Positions 59,035 to 64,000 of a DNA stretch of 64,000 bases are shown here, piece by piece (position 1 is the first letter of the stretch; each line of letters begins with the position of its first letter). The stretch spans positions 18,251 through 82,250 of the forward strand of contig CAVPTI010000021.1 in assembly GCA_963708775.1 (NCBI GenBank), written 5' to 3'. This DNA comes from an uncultured Alphaproteobacteria bacterium. Lineage in GTDB: Bacteria > Pseudomonadota > Alphaproteobacteria > Rhizobiales > Hyphomicrobiaceae. A program made the position numbers and the translations under genes. The notes below the pieces were generated by a model. The model made no database searches. It saw only the letters and a list, made by a program, of their open reading frames with translations, and was not told where the DNA came from.

Positions 59035-60390
59035 TCACGAGATTGGACGTGATACGGACATGCGCGCGGCTCGGATGCGGGAGGCGTCGCGAGATCGGGG
59101 CCTTGCGGGCTGGCCATCGTCATGGCGCGGATGGCGCCGTTTTTTTGTGCCCGCGATCATGTTGGAGGTGACGAGGCAGGGCCCGGCGTCTGCGTCGGAC
59201 GAGATCATGATGCCAGTCGCCGCGTCTCGTACGAGGTTCTGTGTTACAAGACAGTTGCGCATGTAGCGGCCCCAGCCGACCATGATTCCGCAGGTGGGTG
59301 CATTCTCGATCACGTTCCCGGAGACGATGCTATCGGCTTCGACAGAGATGCCTTCGCCACGCTTGTCGACGGGTTCGTGCTCGCGACGGTGAAGATTGCG
59401 AATGAGATTGCCTTCGACAACGGCGAGGCGGCCGCCATCGTTGAAGTTCGTAACGGAGATGCCCGTGGCGGCGCCGTCCACGAGGTTATTGGCGACGATG
59501 GCGCCTTCGAAGCCGAATTCGACGTAGAGCGCGACTTCGCCGATGCGCTGCACGTTGTTGGCGAGGATCTGCAAATTGGAGGCTGCGTTGCCGCGTACGG
59601 CCGAGTACGCGCAATCAGTGATGCGGTTGCCGGAGACGATGACATTGCCGGCGCGGAACACGTTCACGCCGTTGCCGTTCTCGCCGGTGCCTCCACCTTT
59701 GGCCTCGATCCGGGCGATACGGTTGGCGGTGACGATCGTGCCATCCTCACCGGTTGCGAACGCCAGAATCTGGATGCCGTTGTTGCGGCAGTCGCTGATT
59801 TCATTGTGCGCGATTTCGATGCCGGTTGCATCGAGGCTGCGGATGGCGGCGAGCAGGACGTGTGCCAATGAGCAATCGGTGATGCGGCCGCTGCAGCGCG
59901 TGAGTGAAACGCCGTTGGCGAGGGAGCGCCGGATGGAACGTTGGCAATCCTGATGTGATTGCAATCCACGAGACGGAGGAGGGCTGCGTCTTCGTCTGCA
60001 TCGAGTGCGCGGCTCGCGCCGTCGAGAACGAGGTTTTCGATGCGCAATTCGTGGGCGTTGGTGGCGGCAAGAAGGCTTGTGCCACCGATGAATTCGAGCG
60101 TCGTCAAACCATAGGCGCCGATCAGGGCCGTGCCGGGACGGAGTGTGAGCGTGCTGGTGCGGTATGTGCCGGCGGCGAGCAGCACGGGTCGGCCTTCGGC
60201 GGCGGCACGGTCGATTTCTGCCTGGAGGCGAAAGGGTGTCGTCCAGACCGGTATCCGGGACGAGAGCGTGGGTGCCAACGGGTTGATCCACGGCCGTTTT
60301 GCGCGGGCCGGCCGTGGCGGCGACGGTCGCAGCCGTGGTGGCGGCGGCACCAAGGGCGCCGGTCAACAGTGAGCGTCTCGACGGGATCAT
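59035..60390 (-). pseudogene. TAT-exported parallel beta-helix repeat protein (TIGR03808-like), needs at least 4 frame changes
   Basis: Twin-arginine leader MIPSRRSLLTGALGAAATTAATVAATA (ATG 60390). The middle part is in the frame of ORF 59664-60353 (FRLQAEIDRAAAEGRPVLLAAGTYRTSTLTLRPGTALIG...LRIENLVLDG). The beta-helix repeats are in the 530-aa frame (IEIAHNEISDCRNNGIQI...VSGNRITDC...ANNVQRIG...VEGNLIRN...VSGNVIEN). A further junction sits at the T7 run 59140-59146. Confidence 0.7.
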
Positions 60391-60546
60391 CTGGCGGGCT
60401 CTAAACGGACGGGACTGGTCTAGTGATGCACGAACAAGACCAATGGCGCGGTTAACGGTGATTAATGGGGCGGTCCGGGCCGGTTCGGATCGTCCTATGG
60501 TAGACACTCCTCGGATTTGGAGCTCGGCGGCAAAATGGAGACTGAG

Positions 60547-61104
60547 ATGCGCGGTCGATGGCTGATGCTTTTTGTCAGGTCTTGCGGCCATAGCGATAGC
60601 GGCGACTGCGGGAGCACATGAGATCAAGTCAAAACGCTGCGATCGATCATCCGTGGATCCGCGCGACGCCGAAGGGATCAGCAGTGACGGCCGGTTATCT
60701 GACCGTTTCTAACCACGGGAAGGCTGCCGACCGGCTGATTGGTGCATCGCTGCAGGGAGCAGGCTCCGCCGAACTGCACGAGACGACGATCGAGAATGGC
60801 ATTGCGAGGATGCGTCCGCTGCGCGACGGTGATCGAGATCGGTGCGGGCCAGACTGTTTCGCTCGAGCCCAGCGGACGCCATATCATGTTCTTCGATCTC
60901 ACGACGTCATTCGAGGCGGACACTTACGTGGACGGTACCTTGACGTTCGAGAAGGCGGGCAAGGTGCCGGTGGAGTTTTTTGTAGAGGCGGGGACCGGCA
61001 AGCCGCATCATTCGGCGCCGGCCGGTCCAGAAACGGCACCGACCGGGAAGCCACGAGCACCATCAGCACTGAGAGCGGCTTGTACCTCAGCGTGCCCTAG
61101 CTGA
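60547..61104 (+). pseudogene. Periplasmic copper chaperone PCu(A)C (DUF461), needs 3 frame changes
   Basis: Joined frames give signal MRGRWLMLF|LSGLAAIAIAATAGAHEIK|...AIDHPWIRATPKGSAVTAGYLTVSNHGKAADRLIGAS...AELHETTIENGIARMRPLRDG|VIEIGAGQTVSLEPSGRHIMFFDL...GTLTFEKAGKVPVEF. Junctions lie at T5 (60569-60573), A4 (60631-60634) and ~60828. Confidence 0.7.
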
Positions 61105-61125
61105 GCGGCATGGGATATTCCAAGC

Positions 61126-63936
61126 TTAGCGGCCCGGACGGCCGGTTTTCTTTTGGCGGCCGCGGCGGGATTTTGTTTCAGTGGGATCGTCGATCTCGAT
61201 CGTGCGCGTCGGCAGTTGCGGTTTGCTCGGCGCTCGGCCCGATTTGACGGGGAGGGAGGCATGCGGGCCCATTTCGTCAAGCGTGGGTTTGTGGGGACGC
61301 CACGTGCTCTGCCGAACGCGCCGGCTTTCGTGCGCGGATCGATCTGTTTTTTTCTGCGGGCTTTGCGTGCCGGGATCGGCCTATCGGTCCCTGGGCCCAT
61401 GTTGTCGAGCGAGGGCTTGCTGACGCGTGATGTGGACTGCGCGTAGGTCGGTTGAACGGGTTGATATTCGGTGGCGATGCGGGAGGAGGGCGGCAGATTG
61501 CCCGGCCGCACCGTACTTCTTTTCGCCTTTATAGCCGCCGGTGCGATCGTCGATCTCGGACTGGCGGGTGAGGGGATCGTCGGCGATGGCGAGTTCGGTT
61601 TCGCGCAGGCGCTTGATCTCGTCGCGAAGCCGCGCGGCGGTTTCGAATTCGAGGTCGGCGGCGGCCTCGCGCATGCGCCGCTCCATGTCCTCGATGGTCT
61701 TCGCAAGGTTGTGGCCGACGAGAGGCTGGTCGGCGAGGCCCGCATCGACGGTGACATGGTCCTGCTCGTAGACGCTGGACATGACGTCGTGGATGTTGCG
61801 CTTGATGCTTTCCGGCGTGATGCCGTTGGCAAGGTTATAGGCGCGCTGCTTCTCGCGGCGGCGGTTCGTTTCCGCAATGGCGCGCTCCATGGAGCCGGTC
61901 ATGCTGTCGGCGTAGAGAATGACGCGGCCGTCGACGTTGCGGGCGGCGCGGCCGATGGTCTGGATCAGCGAGGTTTCGGAGCGCAGGAAGCCTTCCTTGT
62001 CCGCGTCGAGGATCGCGACCATGCCGCACTCGGGGATGTCGAGGCCTTCGCGCAGAAGGTTGATGCCGATGAGCACGTCGAAGGCGCCGAGGCGGAGGTC
62101 GCGGATGATCTCGATGCGCTCCAGCGTTTCGATGTCGGAGTGCATGTAGCGGACGCGGATGCCGGTCTCGTGCATGTACTCGGTGAGGTCTTCGGCCATG
62201 CGCTTGGTCAGGGTGGTGACCAGGATGCGATGGCCCTTCTTGGCGACTTCGCGGACTTCGGCGAGCAGGTCGTCGACCTGGTTCTTGGCGGGCCGGATTT
62301 CGACCTCGGGATCGATAAGCCCGGTTGGGCGGATGACCTGCTCTGAAAAGGTGCCGCCGGTCTGTTCCATTTCCCAGGAGCCGGGCGTGGCGGAGACGTA
62401 AACCGATTGCGGGCGCATCGCATTCCACTCCTCGAAGCGGAGCGGGCGGTTGTCCATGCAGGAGGGCAGGCGGAAGCCGTATTCGGCGAGCGTCGCCTTG
62501 CGCCGGTAGTCGCCGCGGAACATGCCGCCGATCTGCGGAATGGTGACATGGCTTTCGTCGGCGAAGACGAGGGCGTTGTCGGGCAGGTATTCGAACAGCG
62601 TGGGCGGCGGCTCGCCGGGTGCGCGGCCGGTGAGATAGCGCGAGTAGTTCTCGATGCCGGCGCATGAACCGGTGGCTTCCATCATCTCCATGTCGAAGGT
62701 GGTGCGCTGTTCGAGGCGCTGGGCTTCGAGGAGCTTGCCGACGGAGTAGAGTTCTTCCAGGCGCTGCTTCAGTTCGGATTTGATGTTCTTGATGGCCTGC
62801 TGCAGCGTCGGCTTCGGCGTGACGTAATGCGAGTTCGAATAGACCTTCACCAGCGCCAGTTCGTCGGTCTTGTTGCCGGTGAGCGGATCGAATTCGACAA
62901 TGCTTTCGACTTCGTCGCCGAAGAGGGAAATGCGCCACGCGCGGTCTTCGTAATGGGCGGGGAAGACTTCGACGGTATCGCCGCGGGCGCGGAAAGTTCC
63001 GCGGGTGAAGGCGGCGTCGTTGCGGCGGTAGTGCAGCGCGACGAGATCGGCCAGGAGCTGATCGCGCGAGAGGCGGTCGCCGACTTTCACGGCGAAGGTC
63101 ATGGCGGTGTAGGTCTCGACCGAGCCGATACCGTAGATGCACGAGACGGAGGCGACGATGATGACGTCGTCGCGTTCGAGCAGCGAGCGCGTCGCGGCGT
63201 GGCGCATGCGGTCGATCTGCTCGTTGATCGACGATTCCTTCTCGATGTAGGTGTCGGTGCGGGGGACGTAGGCTTCGGGCTGGTAGTAGTCGTAGTAGGA
63301 GACGAAATATTCGACGGCATTGTTGGGGAAGAAGCTCTTGAACTCGCCGTAGAGCTGGGCGGCGAGGGTCTTGTTCGGCGCGAGGATGAGCGCGGGGCGC
63401 TGGGTGGCGGCAATGACCTGCGCCATGGTGAAGGTCTTGCCGGAGCCGGTGACGCCAAGCAGGACCTGGTCGCGTTCGAGCTGGTTAATACCCTCGACGA
63501 GTTCGGCAATGGCCGTGGGCTGGTCGCCCTTGGGCGAATACTCCGAGACGATCTCAAAGCGGATGCCGCCTTCGCTCTTCTCCGGTCGCGCGGGGCGATG
63601 GGGAACGAATTCGCGCGCGGCGCCGGTGACGATCGGATGCGAGGCGAGCATCGGCTGCCGGGATAGGATCTCCTTGGCGCGATCGCTGCGTTCGGCCGGT
63701 TTGGCGAGCAGCGCGTTGAGCATGTCGGAGATCGAGCTGTCGCCGGCGCGCGGCGGCAGCGGCCCCGAAGTGCGCAGGGCGGGAAGGGTCGAGGTCCCAG
63801 GAATGTAGGACGACTGCATCGACTCGCCGAAGCCCGGCGTCCCAGCCGCCGTCTCGGCGGGAGGCGCAGCAGGTTTCCCAGAGCGTCCCCGCGAGGGCCG
63901 CGCTTTCGGCAGATCGGATTTAGGTGGTCGAGCCAT
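61126..63936 (-). CDS. uvrB: Excinuclease ABC subunit B; core intact, C-terminal tail needs 2 frame changes
   Basis: The 851-aa ORF 61381-63936 carries [10 protein letters not shown] (Walker A), [14 protein letters not shown], helicase motifs and the UVR domain ([15 protein letters not shown]). The tail continues in two other frames (..[15 protein letters not shown].. then [15 protein letters not shown]...[13 protein letters not shown]) to TAA 61126-61128. The second junction is at the G4 run 61293-61296. Confidence 0.9.
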
Positions 63937-64000
63937 GCGTTCTCTATATGGCCCCTGCGGACCCGGAGATCAAATGCCGGAAGCAATCCAGGCGGGAAGG

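Noticed and set aside
2100-61520. Programmed ribosomal frameshifting or recoding, or phase variation, as an explanation for the split genes.
   Set aside because: The breaks hit many unrelated genes, sometimes several per gene. They lack slippery heptamers or downstream structures. The homopolymers are short (4-7 nt), which makes technical indels the simpler explanation.

Overview
This is a 64-kb chromosomal segment from a high-GC alphaproteobacterium. Gene content looks Hyphomicrobiales/Rhizobiales-like: a PAS-HWE kinase, a TIGR03808-type TAT beta-helix protein, PCuAC, a two-gene egtDB pair and a CpaC secretin. I recognise about 58 protein-coding loci: housekeeping genes (ilvE, arfB, hyi, cfa, uvrB, rmlD), four regulators, three two-component modules, and many envelope or secreted proteins. 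By eye I saw no rRNA, tRNA, CRISPR array, transposase or integrase. Two points dominate the interpretation. (1) At least 14 unrelated genes, including uvrB, can only be read by joining two to seven reading frames, and many junctions sit on homopolymer runs (G6, G5, T5, A4, T7, G4). This points to assembly indels rather than biology, so every call of pseudogene here is provisional. (2) The most unusual biology is a co-directional envelope-hydrolase block at 50.0-58.2 kb (asmA -> M23 peptidase with a ~140-residue Pro-rich repeat and Trp-rich tail -> one frame joining an S8 subtilase, Ca-binding DxDxDG loops and an M4 thermolysin pro-enzyme). Other candidates are a stand-alone bacterial homologue of the archaeal TiaS kinase domain paired with a polytopic membrane protein (8.7-10.0 kb), an orphan CpaC secretin between an SGNH hydrolase and a membrane-embedded GHSHG hydrolase (27.2-32.5 kb), tandem exported pentapeptide-repeat paralogues, and an uncharacterised 659-aa exported protein. 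All functional calls rest on motif recognition in the supplied translations. No database search was run.
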